From the NCBI GenBank assembly GCA_964016885.1, contig OZ024740.1, positions 25,482,001 to 25,546,000 on the forward strand: a stretch of DNA of 64,000 nt, written 5' to 3'. Origin of the DNA: Eledone cirrhosa (taxonomy: Eukaryota). A program made the position numbers and the translations under genes. Shown piece after piece: positions 1 through 13,930 of this stretch (position 1 is its first letter; every line of letters begins with the position of its first letter). The notes below the pieces were generated by a model that did no database searches, was not told where the DNA came from, and saw nothing but the letters and a program-made list of their open reading frames with translations.

Positions 1-1539
1 GTTGTAGTTACTTCTCTTGTAGTTGTAGTTACTTCTATTGTAGTTGTAGTTACTTCTATTGTAGTTGTAGTTACTTCTATTGTAGTTGTAGTTACTTCTA
101 TTGTAGTTGTAGTTATTTCTATTGTAGTTGTAGTTACTTCTATTGTAGTTGTAGTTACTTCTATTGAATTTGTAGTTACTTCTATTGTAGTTGTAGTTAC
201 TTCTATTGTAGTTGTAGTTATTTCTATTGTAGTTGTAGTTACTTCTATTGTAGTTGTAGTTACTTCTATTGTAGTTGTAGTTACTTCTATTGTAGTTGTA
301 GTTATTTCTATTGTAGTTGTAGTTACTTCTATTGTAGTTGTAATTATTTCTATTGTAGTTGTAGTTACTTCTCTTGTAGTTGTAGTTAGTTCTATTGTAG
401 TTGTAGTTACTTCTATTGTAGTTGTAGTTACTTCTATTGTAGTTGTTGTTACTTCTATTGTAGCTGTAGTTACTTCTATTGTAGTTGTAGTTATTTCTAT
501 TGTAGTTGTAGTTACTTTATTGTAGTTGTAGTTACTTCTCTTGTAGTTGTAGTTACTTCTATTGTAGTTGTAGTTACTTCTCTTTTAGTTGTAGATACTT
601 CTGTTGTAGATACATCTATTGTAGTTGTAGGTACTTCTATTGTAGTTGTAGTTACTTCTATTGTAGTTGTAGTTACTTTATTGTAGTTGTAGTTACTTGT
701 ATTGTAGTTGTAGTTACTTCTATTGTAGTTGTAGTTACTACTATTGTAGTTGTAGTTACTTCTATTGTAGTTGTAGTTTGTTCTATTGTAGTTGTAGTTA
801 CTTCTATCGTAGGTGTAGTTACTTCTATTGTAGTTGTAGATACTTCTATTGTAGTTGTAGTTACTTCTATTGTAGTTGTAGATACTTCTATTGTAGTTGT
901 AGATACTTCTATTGTAGATGTAGATACTTCTATTATAGTTGTAGTTACTTCTATTGTAGTTGTAGATACTTCTATTGCAATTGTAGTTACTTCTATTGTA
1001 GTTGTAGTTACTTCTATTGTAGTTGTAGTTACTTCTATTGTAGTTGTAGTTACTTCTATTGTAGTTGTAGTTACTTTATTGTAGTTGTAGTTACTTCTAT
1101 TGTAGTTGTAGATACTTCTATTGTAGTTGTAGGTACTTCTATTGTAGTTGTCGTTACTTCTATTGTAGTTGTAGTTACTTCTATTGTAGTTGTAGTTACT
1201 TCTATTGTAGTTGTAGTTACTTTATTGTAGTTGTAGTTACTTGTATTGTAGTTGTAGTTACTTCTATTGTAGTTGTAGTTACTTCTATTGTAGTTGTAGT
1301 TACTTCTATTGTAGTTGTAGTTACATCTATTGTAGTTGTTGTTACTTCTATTGTAGTTGTAGTTATTTCTATTGTAGTTGTAGTTACTTCTATTGTAGTT
1401 GTAGTTACTTCTATTGTATTTGTAGTTACTTCTATTGTAGTTGTAGTGACTTCTATTGTAGTTGTAGTTACTTCTATTGTAGCTGTAGTTACTTCTATTG
1501 TAGTTGTAGTTATTTCTATTGTAGTTGTAGTTACTTTAT

Positions 1540-1940
1540 TGTAGTTGTAGTTACTTCTCTTGTAGTTGTAGTTACTTCTATTGTAGTTGTAATTACTTCT
1601 CTTTTAGTTGTAGATACTTCTGTTGTAGATACATCTATTGTAGTTGTAGGTACTTCTATTGTAGTTGTAGTTACTTCTATTGTAGTTGTAGTTACTTCTA
1701 TTGTAGTTGTAGTTACTTCTATTGTAGCTGTAGTTACTTCTATTGTAGTTGTAGTTATTTCTATTGTAGTTGTAGTTACTTTATTGTAGTTGTAGTTACT
1801 TCTCTTGTAGTTGTAGTTACTTCTATTGTAGTTGTAGTTACTTCTCTTTTAGTTGTAGATACTTCTGTTGTAGATACATCTATTGTAGTTGTAGGTACTT
1901 CTATTGTAGTTGTAGTTACTTCTATTGTAGTTGTAGTTAC
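1540..1940. repeat. 245-bp module (12 monomers: 10x21+20+15), usually paired
   Basis: The marker TCTCTTTTAGTTGTAGATACTTCTGTTGTAGATACATCTA is at 1598 and 1843. Similar pairs occur near 6263/6508, 14638/14883, 17931/18176, 38138/38383, 43491/43736 and 48474/48719. Confidence 0.85.
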
Positions 1941-2099
1941 TTTATTGTAGTTGTAGTTACTTGTATTGTAGTTGTAGTTACTTCTATTGTAGTTGTAGTT
2001 ACTACTATTGTAGTTGTAGTTACTTCTATTGTAGTTGTAGTTTGTTCTATTGTAGTTGTAGTTACTTCTATCGTAGGTGTAGTTACTTCTATTGTAGTT

Positions 2100-5000
2100 G
2101 TAGTTACTCCTATTGTAGTTGTAGATACTTCTATTGTTGTTGTAGTTACTTCTATTGTAGTTGTAGTTACTTCTATTGTAGTTGTAGTTATTTCTATTGT
2201 AGTTGTAGTTACTTCTATTGTAGTTGTAGTTATTTCTATTGTAGTTGTAGATACTCCTATTGTAGTTGTAGATACTTCTATTGTAGATGTAGATACTTCT
2301 ATTGTAGTTGTAGAAGCTTCTATTGTAGATGTTGTTACTCCTATTGTAGTTGTAGTTACTTCTATTGTAGTTGTAGTTACTTCTATTGTAGTTGTAGTTA
2401 CTTCTATTGTAGTTGTAGTTACTTCTATTGTAGTTGTAGATACTCCCATTGTAGTTGTAGTTACTTCTATTGTAGTTGTAGATACTTCTATTGTAGTTGT
2501 AGTTATTTCTATTGTAGTTGTAGTTACTTCTATTGTAGTTGTAGTTACTTCTATTGTAGTTGTAGTTACTTCTATTGTAGTTGTAGTTATTTCTATTGTA
2601 GTTGTAGTTACTTCTATTGTAGTTGTAGTTATTTCTATTGAATTTGTAGTTACTTCTATTGTAGTTGTAGTTACTTCTATTGTAGTTGTAGTTATTTCTA
2701 TTGTAGTTGTAGTTACTTCTATTGTAGTTGTAGTTACTTCTATTGTAGTTGTAGTTACTTCTATTGTAGTTGTAGTTATTTCTATTGTAGTTGTAGTTAC
2801 TTCTATTGTAGTTGTAATTATTTCTATTGTAGTTGTAGTTACTTCTCTTGTAGTTGTAGTTAGTTCTATTGTAGTTGTAGTTACTTCTATTGTAGTTGTA
2901 GTTACTTCTATTGTAGTTGCTGTTACTTCTATTGTAGTTGTAGTTATTTCTATTGTAGTTGTAGTTACTTCTATTGTAGTTGTAGTTACTTCTATTGTAG
3001 TTGTAGTTACTTCTATTGTAGTTGTAGTTACTTCTATCGTAGGTGTAGTTACTTCTATTGTAGTTGTAGTTACTTCTATTGTAGTTGTAGATACTTCTAT
3101 TGTAGTTGTAGTTACTTCTATTGTAGTTGTAGATACTTCTATTGTAGTTGTAGATACTTCTATTGTAGATGTAGATACTTCTATTATAGTTGTAGTTACT
3201 TCTATTGTAGTTGTAGATACTTCTATTGCAATTGTAGTTACTTCTATTGTAGTTGTAGTTACTTCTATTGTAGTTGTAGTTACTTCTATTGTAGTTGTAG
3301 TTACTTCTATTGTAGTTGTAGTTACTTTATTGTAGTTGTAGTTACTTCTATTGTAGTTGTAGATACTTCTATTGTAGTTGTAGGTACTTCTATTGTAGTT
3401 GTAGTTACTTCTATTGTAGTTGTAGTTACTTCTATTGTAGTTGTAGTTACTTCTATTGTAGTTGTAGTTACTTTATTGTAGTTGTAGTTACTTGTATTGT
3501 AGTTGTAGTTACTTCTATTGTAGTTGTAGTTACTTCTATTGTAGTTGTAGTTACTTCTATTGTAGTTGTAGTTACATCTATTGTAGTTCTTGTTACTTCT
3601 ATTGTAGTTGTAGTTATTTCTATTGTAGTTGTAGTTACTTCTATTGTAGTTGTAGTTACTTCTATTGTATTTGTAGTTACTTCTATTGTAGTTGTAGTGA
3701 CTTCTATTGTAGTTGTAGTTACTTCTATTGTAGCTGTAGTTACTTCTATTGTAGTTGTAGTTATTTCTATTGTAGTTGTAGTTACTTCTATTGTAGTTGT
3801 AGTTATTTCTATTGTAGTTGTAGTTACTTTATTGTAGTTGTAGTTACTTCTCTTGTAGTTGTAGTTACTTCTCTTTTAGTTGTAGATACTTCTGTTGTAG
3901 ATACATCTATTGTAGTTGTAGGTACTTCTATTGTAGTTGTAGTTACTTCTATTGTAGTTGTAGTTACTTCTATTGTAGTTGTAGTTACTTCTATTGTAGC
4001 TGTAGTTACTTCTATTGTAGTTGTAGTTATTTCTATTGTAGTTGTAGTTACTTTATTGTAGTTGTAGTTACTTCTCTTGTAGTTTTAGTTACTTCTATTG
4101 TAGTTGTAGTTACTTCTCTTTTAGTTGTAGATACTTCTGTTGTAGATACATCTATTGTAGTTGTAGGTACTTCTATTGTAGTTGTAGTTACTTCTATTGT
4201 AGTTGTAGTTACTTTATTGTAGTTGTAGTTACTTGTATTGTAGTTGTAGTTACTTCTATTGTAGTTGTAGTTACTACTATTGTAGTTGTAGTTACTTCTA
4301 TTGTAGTTGTAGTTTGTTCTATTGTAGTTGTAGTTACTTCTATCGTAGGTGTAGTTACTTCTATTGTAGTTGTAGTTACTTCTATTGTAGTTGTAGATAC
4401 TTCTATTGTAGTTGTAGTTACTTCTATTGTAGTTGTAGATACTTCTATTGTAGTTGTAGATACTTCTATTGTAGATGTAGATACTTCTATTATAGTTGTA
4501 GTTACTTCTATTGTAGTTGTAGATACTTCTATTGCAATTGTAGTTACTTCTATTGTAGTTGTAGTTACTTCTATTGTAGTTGTAGTTACTTCTATTGTAG
4601 TTGTAATTACTTCTATTGTAGTTGTAGTTACTTCTATTGTAGTTGTAGATACTCCTATTGTAGTTGTAGATACTTCTATTGTTGTTGTAGTTACTTCTAT
4701 TGTAGTTGTAGTTACTTCTATTGTAGTTGTAGTTATTTCTATTGTAGTTGTAGTTACTTTATTGTAGTTGTAGTTACTTCTCTTGTAGTTGTAGATACTC
4801 CTATTGTAGTTGTAGATACTTCTATTGTAGATGTAGATACTTCTATTGTAGTTGTAGAAGCTTCTATTGTAGATGTTGTTACTCCTATTGTAGTTGTAGT
4901 TACTTCTATTGTAGTTGTAGTTACTTCTATTGTAGTTGTAGTTAATTCTATTGTAGTTGTAGTTACTTCTATTGTAGTTGTAGATACTCCCATTGTAGTT

Positions 5001-8000
5001 GTAGTTACTTCTATTGTAGTTGTAGATACTTCTATTGTAGTTGTAGTTATTTCTATTGTAGTTGTAGTTACTTCTATTGTAGTTGTAGTTACTTCTATTG
5101 TAGTTGTAGTTACTTCTATTGTAGTTGTAGTTATTTCTATTGTAGTTGTAGTTACTTCTATTGTAGTTGTAGTTACTTCTATTGAATTTGTAGTTACTTC
5201 TATTGTAGTTGTAGTTACTTCTATTGTAGTTGTAGTTATTTCTATTGTAGTTGTAGTTACTTCTATTGTAGTTGTAGTTACTTCTATTGTAGTTGTAGTT
5301 ACTTCTATTGTAGTTGTAGTTATTTCTATTGTAGTTGTAGTTACTTCTATTGTAGTTGTAATTATTTCTATTGTAGTTGTAGTTACTTCTCTTGTAGTTG
5401 TAGTTAGTTCTATTGTAGTTGTAGTTACTTCTATTGTAGTTGTAGTTACTTCTATTGTAGTTGCTGTTACTTCTATTGTAGTTGTAGTTATTTCTAATGT
5501 AGTTGTAGTTGCTTCTATTGTAGTTGTAGTTACTTCTATTGTAGTTGTAGTTACTTCTATTGTAGTTGTAGTTACTTCTATTGTAGTTGTAGTTACTTCT
5601 ATTGTGGTTGTAGTTATTTCTATTGTAGTTGTAGTTACTTCTATTGTAGTTGTAGTTACTTCTATTGTAGTTGTAGTTACTTCTATTGTAGTTGTAGTTA
5701 CTTCTATTGTAGTTGTAGTTACTTCTATTGTAGTTGTAGTTATTTCTATTTTAGTTGTAGTTACTTCTATTGTAGTTGTAGTTACTTCTATTGTAGTTGT
5801 AGTTACTTCTATTGTAGTTGTAGTTACTTCTCTTGTAGTTGTAGTTACTTCTATTGTACTTGTAGATACTTCTATTGTAGTTGTAGATATTTCTGTTGTA
5901 GTTACTTCTATTGTAGGTGTAGTTACTTCAATTGTAGTTGTAGTTACTACTATTGTAGATGTAGTTACTTCTATTGTAGTTGTAGTTACTTCTATTGTAG
6001 TTGTAGATACTTCTATTGTAGTTGTAGTTACTTCTATTGTAGTTGTAGATACTTCTATTGTAGTTGTAGATACTTCTATTGTAGTTGTAGTTACTTATAT
6101 TGTAGTTGTAGTTACTTATATTGTAGTTGTAGTTACTTCTATTGTAGCTGTAGTTACTTCTATTGTAGTTGTAGTTATTTCTATTGTAGATGTAGTTACT
6201 TTATTGTAGTTGTAGTTACGTCTCTTGTAGTTGTAGTTACTTCTATTGTAGTTGTAGTTACTTCTCTTTTAGTTGTAGATACTTCTGTTGTAGATACATC
6301 TATTGTAGTTGTAGGTACTTCTATTGTAGTTGTAGTTACTTCTATTGTAGTTGTAGTTACTTCTATTGTAGTTGTAGTTACTTCTATTGTAGCTGTAGTT
6401 ACTTCTATTGTAGTTGTAGTTATTTCTATTGTAGTTGTAGTTACTTTATTGTAGTTGTAGTTACTTCTCTTGTAGTTGTAGTTACTTCTATTGTAGTTGT
6501 AGTTACTTCTCTTTTAGTTGTAGATACTTCTGTTGTAGATACATCTATTGTAGTTGTAGGTACTTCTATTGTAGTTGTAGTTACTTCTATTGTAGTTGTA
6601 GTTACTTTATTGTAGTTGTAGTTACTTGTATTGTAGTTGTAGTTACTTCTATTGTAGTTGTAGTTACTACTATTGTAGTTGTAGTTACTTCTATTGTAGT
6701 TGTAGTTTGTTCTATTGTAGTTGTAGTTACTTCTATCGTAGGTGTAGTTACTTCTATTGTAGTTGTAGTTACTTCTATTGTAGTTGTAGATACTTCTATT
6801 GTAGTTGTAGTTACTTCTATTGTAGTTGTAGATACTTCTATTGTAGTTGTAGATACTTCTATTGTAGATGTAGATACTTCTATTATAGTTGTAGTTACTT
6901 CTATTGTAGTTGTAGATACTTCTATTGCAATTGTAGTTACTTCTATTGTAGTTGTAGTTACTTCTATTGTAGTTGTAGTTACTTCTATTGTAGTTGTAGT
7001 TACTTCTATTCTAGTTGTAGTTACTTTATTGTAGTTGTAGTTACTTCTATTGTAGTTGTAGATACTTCTATTGTAGTTGTAGGTACTTCTATTGTAGTTG
7101 TAGTTACTTCTATTGTAGTTGTAGTTACTTCTATTGTAGTTGTAGTTACTTCTATTGTAGTTGTAGTTACTTCTATTGTAGTTGTAGTTACTTCTATTGT
7201 AGTTGTAGTTACTTCTATTGTAGTTGTAGTTACTTCTATTGTAGTTGTAGTTACTTCTATTGTAGTTGTAGTTATTTCTATTGTAGTTGTAGTTACTTCT
7301 ATTGTAGTTGTAGTTACTTCTATTGTAGTTGTAGTTACTTCTATTGTAGTTGTAGTTACTTCTCTTGTAGTTGTAGTTACTTTTATTGTACTTGTAGATA
7401 CTTCTATTGTAGTTGTAGATATTTCTGTTGTAGTTACTTCTATTGTAGTTGTAATTACTTCTATTGTAGTTGTAGTTACTTCTATTGTAGTTGTAGATAC
7501 TCCTATTGTAGTTGTAGATACTTCTATTGTAGTTGTAGTTACTTCTATTGTAGTTGTAGTTATTTCTATTGTAGTTGTAGTTACTTCTATTGTAGTTGTA
7601 GTTATTTCTATTGTAGTTGTAGATACTCCTATTGTAGTTGTAGATACTTCTATTGTAGATGTAGATACTTCTATTGTAGTTGTAGAAGCTTCTATTGTAG
7701 ATGTTGTTACTCCTATTGTAGTTGTAGTTACTTCTATTGTAGTTGTAGTTACTTCTATTGTAGTTGTAGTTACTTCTATTGTAGTTGTAGTTACTTCTAT
7801 TGTAGTTGTAGATACTCCCATTGTAGTTGTAGTTACTTCTATTGTAGTTGTAGATACTTCTATTGTAGTTGTAGTTATTTCTATTGTAGTTGTAGTTACT
7901 TTATTGTAGTTGTAGTTACTTCTCTTGTAGTTGTAGTTACTTCTATTGTAGTTGTAGTTACTTCTCTTTTAGTTGTAGATACTTCTGTTGTAGATACATC

Positions 8001-11000
8001 TATTGTAGTTGTAGGTACTTCTATTGTAGTTGTAGTTACTTCTATTGTAGTTGTAGTTACTTTATTGTAGTTGTAGTTACTTGTATTGTAGTTGTAGTTA
8101 CTTCTATTGTAGTTGTAGTTACTACTATTGTAGTTGTAGTTACTTCTATTGTAGTTGTAGTTTGTTCTATTGTAGTTGTAGTTACTTCTATCGTAGGTGT
8201 AGTTACTTCTATTGTAGTTGTAGTTACTTCTATTGTAGTTGTAGATACTTCTATTGTAGTTGTAGTTACTTCTATTGTAGTTGTAGATACTTCTATTGTA
8301 GTTGTAGATACTTCTATTGTAGATGTAGATACTTCTATTATAGTTGTAGTTACTTCTATTGTAGTTGTAGATACTTCTATTGCAATTGTAGTTACTTCTA
8401 TTGTAGTTGTAGTTACTTCTATTGTAGTTGTAGTTACTTCTATTGTAGTTGTAGTTACTTCTATTCTAGTTGTAGTTACTTTATTGTAGTTGTAGTTACT
8501 TCTATTGTAGTTGTAGATACTTCTATTGTAGTTGTAGGTACTTCTATTGTAGTTGTAGTTACTTCTATTGTAGTTGTAGTTACTTCTATTGTAGTTGTAG
8601 TTACTTCTATTGTAGTTGTAGTTACTTCTATTGTAGTTGTAGTTACTTCTATTGTAGTTGTAGTTACTTCTATTGTAGTTGTAGTTACTTCTATTGTAGT
8701 TGTAGTTACTTCTATTGTAGTTGTAGTTATTTCTATTGTAGTTGTAGTTACTTCTATTGTAGTTGTAGTTACTTCTATTGTAGTTGTAGTTACTTCTATT
8801 GTAGTTGTAGTTACTTCTCTTGTAGTTGTAGTTACTTTTATTGTACTTGTAGATACTTCTATTGTAGTTGTAGATATTTCTGTTGTAGTTACTTCTATTG
8901 TAGTTGTAATTACTTCTATTGTAGTTGTAGTTACTTCTATTGTAGTTGTAGATACTCCTATTGTAGTTGTAGATACTTCTATTGTTGTTGTAGTTACTTC
9001 TATTGTAGTTGTAGTTACTTCTATTGTAGTTGTAGTTATTTCTATTGTAGTTGTAGTTACTTCTATTGTAGTTGTAGTTATTTCTATTGTAGTTGTAGAT
9101 ACTCCTATTGTAGTTGTAGATACTTCTATTGTAGATGTAGATACTTCTATTGTAGTTGTAGAAGCTTCTATTGTAGATGTTGTTACTCCTATTGTAGTTG
9201 TAGTTACTTCTATTGTAGTTGTAGTTACTTCTATTGTAGTTGTAGTTACTTCTATTGTAGTTGTAGTTACTTCTATTGTAGTTGTAGATACTCCCATTGT
9301 AGTTGTAGTTACTTCTATTGTAGTTGTAGATACTTCTATTGTAGTTGTAGTTATTTCTATTGTAGTTGTAGTTACTTCTATTGTAGTTGTAGTTACTTCT
9401 ATTGTAGTTGTAGTTACTTCTATTGTAGTTGTAGTTATTTCTATTGTAGTTGTAGTTACTTCTATTGTAGTTGTAGTTACTTCTATTGAATTTGTAGTTA
9501 CTTCTATTGTAGTTGTAGTTACTTCTATTGTAGTTGTAGTTATTTCTATTGTAGTTGTAGTTACTTCTATTGTAGTTGTAGTTACTTCTATTGTAGTTGT
9601 AGTTACTTCTATTGTAGTTGTAGTTATTTCTATTGTAGTTGTAGTTACTTCTATTGTAGTTGTAATTATTTCTATTGTAGTTGTAGTTACTTCTCTTGTA
9701 GTTGTAGTTAGTTCTATTGTAGTTGTAGTTACTTCTATTGTAGTTGTAGTTACTTCTATTGTAGTTGCTGTTACTTCTATTGTAGTTGTAGTTATTTCTA
9801 TTGTAGTTGTAGTTACTTCTATTGTAGTTGTAGTTACTTCTATTGTAGTTGTAGTTACTTCTATTGTAGTTGTAGTTACTTCTATCGTAGGTGTAGTTAC
9901 TTCTATTGTAGTTGTAGTTACTTCTATTGTAGTTGTAGATACTTCTATTGTAGTTGTAGTTACTTCTATTGTAGTTGTAGATACTTCTATTGTAGTTGTA
10001 GATACTTCTATTGTAGATGTAGATACTTCTATTATAGTTGTAGTTACTTCTATTGTAGTTGTAGATACTTCTATTGCAATTGTAGTTACTTCTATTGTAG
10101 TTGTAGTTACTTCTATTGTAGTTGTAGTTACTTCTATTGTAGTTGTATTTACTTCTATTGTAGTTGTAGTTACTTTATTGTAGTTGTAGTTACTTCTATT
10201 GTAGTTGTAGATACTTCTATTGTAGTTGTAGGTACTTCTATTGTAGTTGTAGTTACTTCTATTGTAGTTGTAGTTACTTCTATTGTAGTTGTAGTTACTT
10301 CTATTGTAGTTGTAGTTACTTTATTGTAGTTGTAGTTACTTCTATTGTAGTTGTAGTTACTTCTATTGTAGTTGTAGTTACTTCTATTGTAGTTGTAGTT
10401 ACTTCTATTTTAGTTGTAGTTACATCTATTGTAGTTGTTGTTACTTCTATTGTAGTTGTAGTTATTTCTATTGTAGTTGTAGTTACTTCTATTGTAGTTG
10501 TAGTTACTTCTATTGTATTTGTAGTTACTTCTATTGTAGTTGTAGTGACTTCTATTGTAGTTGTAGTTACTTCTATTGTAGCTGTAGTTACTTCTATTGT
10601 AGTTGTAGTTATTTCTATTGTAGTTGTAGTTACTTCTATTGTAGTTGTAGTTATTTCTATTGTAGTTGTAGTTACTTTATTGTAGTTGTAGTTAATTCTC
10701 TTGTAGTTGTAGTTACTTCTATTGTAGTTGTAGTTACTTCTCTATTAGTTGTAGATACTTCTGTTGTAGATACATCTATTGTAGTTGTAGGTACTTCTAT
10801 TGTAGTTGTAGTTACTTCTATTGTAGTTGTAGTTACTTCTATTGTAGTTGTAGTTACATCTATTGTAGCTGTAGTTACTTCTATTGTAGTTGTAGTTATT
10901 TCTATTGTAGTTGTAGTTACTTTATTGTAGTTGTAGTTACTTCTCTTGTAGTTGTAGTTACTTCTATTGTAGTTGTAGTTACTTCTCTTTTAGTTGTAGA

Positions 11001-13930
11001 TACTTCTGTTGTAGATACATCTATTGTAGTTGTAGGTACTTCTATTGTAGTTGTAGTTACTTCTATTGTAGTTGTAGTTACTTTATTGTAGTTGTAGTTA
11101 CTTGTATTGTAGTTGTAGTTACTTCTATTGTAGTTGTAGTTACTACTATTGTAGTTGTAGTTACTTCTATTGTAGTTGTAGTTTGTTCTATTGTAGTTGT
11201 AGTTACTTCTATCGTAGGTGTAGTTACTTCTATTGTAGTTGTAGTTACTTCTATTGTAGTTGTAGATACTTCTATTGTAGTTGTAGTTACTTCTATTGTA
11301 GTTGTAGATACTTCTATTGTAGTTGTAGATACTTCTATTGTAGATGTAGATACTTCTATTATAGTTGTAGTTACTTCTATTGTAGTTGTAGATACTTCTA
11401 TTGCAATTGTAGTTACTTCTATTGTAGTTGTAGTTACTTCTATTGTAGTTGTAGTTACTTCTATTGTAGTTGTAATTACTTCTATTGTAGTTGTAGTTAC
11501 TTCTATTGTAGTTGTAGATACTCCTATTGTAGTTGTAGATACTTCTATTGTTGTTGTAGTTACTTCTATTGTAGTTGTAGTTACTTCTATTGTAGTTGTA
11601 GTTATTTCTATTGTAGTTGTAGTTACTTCTATTGTAGTTGTAGTTATTTCTATTGTAGTTGTAGATACTCCTATTGTAGTTGTAGATACTTCTATTGTAG
11701 ATGTAGATACTTCTATTGTAGTTGTAGAAGCTTCTATTGTAGATGTTGTTACTCCTATTGTAGTTGTAGTTACTTCTATTGTAGTTGTAGTTACTTCTAT
11801 TGTAGTTGTAGTTACTTCTATTGTAGTTGTAGTTACTTCTATTGTAGTTGTAGATACTCCCATTGTAGTTGTAGTTACTTCTATTGTAGTTGTAGATACT
11901 TCTATTGTAGTTGTAGTTATTTCTATTGTAGTTGTAGTTACTTCTATTGTAGTTGTAGTTACTTCTATTGTAGTTGTAGTTACTTCTATTGTAGTTGTAG
12001 TTATTTCTATTGTAGTTGTAGTTACTTCTATTGTAGTTGTAGTTACTTCTATTGAATTTGTAGTTACTTCTATTGTAGTTGTAGTTACTTCTATTGTAGT
12101 TGTAGTTATTTCTATTGTAGTTGTAGTTACTTCTATTGTAGTTGTAGTTACTTCTATTGTAGTTGTAGTTACTTCTATTGTAGTTGTAGTTATTTCTATT
12201 GTAGTTGTAGTTACTTCTATTGTAGTTGTAATTATTTCTATTGTAGTTGTAGTTACTTCTCTTGTAGTTGTAGTTAGTTCTATTGTAGTTGTAGTTACTT
12301 CTATTGTAGTTGTAGTTACTTCTATTGTAGTTGCTGTTACTTCTATTGTAGTTGTAGTTATTTCTATTGTAGTTGTAGTTACTTCTATTGTAGTTGTAGT
12401 TACTTCTATTGTAGTTGTAGTTACTTCTATTGTAGTTGTAGTTACTTCTATTGTAGTTGTAGTTACTTCTATTGTAGTTGTAGTTATTTCTATTGTAGTT
12501 GTAGTTACTTCTATTGTAGTTGTAGTTACTTCTATTGTAGTTGTAGTTACTTCTATTGTAGTTGTAGTTACTTTTATTGTAGTTGTAGTTACTTCTATTG
12601 TAGTTGTAGTTATTTCTATTGTAGTTGTAGTTACTTCTATTGTAGTTGTAGTTACTTCTATTGTAGTTGTAGTTACTTCTATTGTAGTTGTAGTTACTTC
12701 TCTTGTAGTTGTAGTTACTTCTATTGTACTTGTAGATACTTCTATTGTAGTTGTAGATATTTCTGTTGTAGTTACTTCTATTGTAGGTGTAGTTACTTCA
12801 ATTGTAGTTGTAGTTACTTCTATTGTAGATGTAGTTACTTCTATTGTAGTTGTAGTTACTTCTATTGTAGTTGTAGATACTTCTATTGTAGTTGTAGTTA
12901 CTTCTATTGTAGTTGTAGATACTTCTATTGTAGTTGTAGATACTTCTATTGTAGTTGTAGTTACTTCTATTGTAGTTGTAGTTACTTATATTGTAGTTGT
13001 AGTTACTTCTATTGTAGCTGTAGTTACTTCTATTGTAGTTGTAGTTATTTCTATTGTAGTTGTAGTTACTTTATTGTAGTTGTAGTTACTTCTCTTGTAG
13101 TTGTAGTTACTTCTATTGTAGTTGTAGTTACTTCTCTTTTAGTTGTAGATACTTCTGTTGTAGATACATCTATTGTAGTTGTAGGTACTTCTATTGTAGT
13201 TGTAGTTACTTCTATTGTAGTTGTAGTTACTTCTATTGTAGTTGTAGTTACTTCTATTGTAGCTGTAGTTACTTCTATTGTAGTTGTAGTTATTTCTATT
13301 GTAGTTGTAGTTACTTTATTGTAGTTGTAGTTACTTCTCTTGTAGTTGTAGTTACTTCTATTGTAGTTGTAGTTACTTCTCTTTTAGTTGTAGATACTTC
13401 TGTTGTAGATACATCTATTGTAGTTGTAGGTACTTCTATTGTAGTTGTAGTTACTTCTATTGTAGTTGTAGTTACTTTATTGTAGTTGTAGTTACTTGTA
13501 TTGTAGTTGTAGTTACTTCTATTGTAGTTGTAGTTACTACTATTGTAGTTGTAGTTACTTCTATTGTAGTTGTAGTTTGTTCTATTGTAGTTGTAGTTAC
13601 TTCTATCGTAGGTGTAGTTACTTCTATTGTAGTTGTAGTTACTTCTATTGTAGTTGTAGATACTTCTATTGTAGTTGTAGTTACTTCTATTGTAGTTGTA
13701 GATACTTCTATTGTAGTTGTAGATACTTCTATTGTAGATGTAGATACTTCTATTATAGTTGTAGTTACTTCTATTGTAGTTGTAGATACTTCTATTGCAA
13801 TTGTAGTTACTTCTATTGTAGTTGTAGTTACTTCTATTGTAGTTGTAGTTACTTCTATTGTAGTTGTAGTTACTTCTATTCTAGTTGTAGTTACTTTATT
13901 GTAGTTGTAGTTACTTCTATTGTAGTTGTA
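2100..13930. repeat. Higher-order duplication, offset about 6.85 kb (about 2.1-7.06 kb versus about 8.95-13.93 kb)
   Basis: Markers recur at offsets of 6848-6870: TAGAAGCTTCTA at 2311/9159 and 4855/11725; matching ORF-track starts at 4233/11102 and 6626/13496. Boundaries are approximate. Confidence 0.85.
6450..9360. repeat. Tandem higher-order duplication, period about 1455-1476 bp
   Basis: ORFs starting at 6626 and 8081 are nearly identical over more than 400 codons. The palindrome marker lies at 7683 and 9159, the second copy having one extra monomer. Confidence 0.8.
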
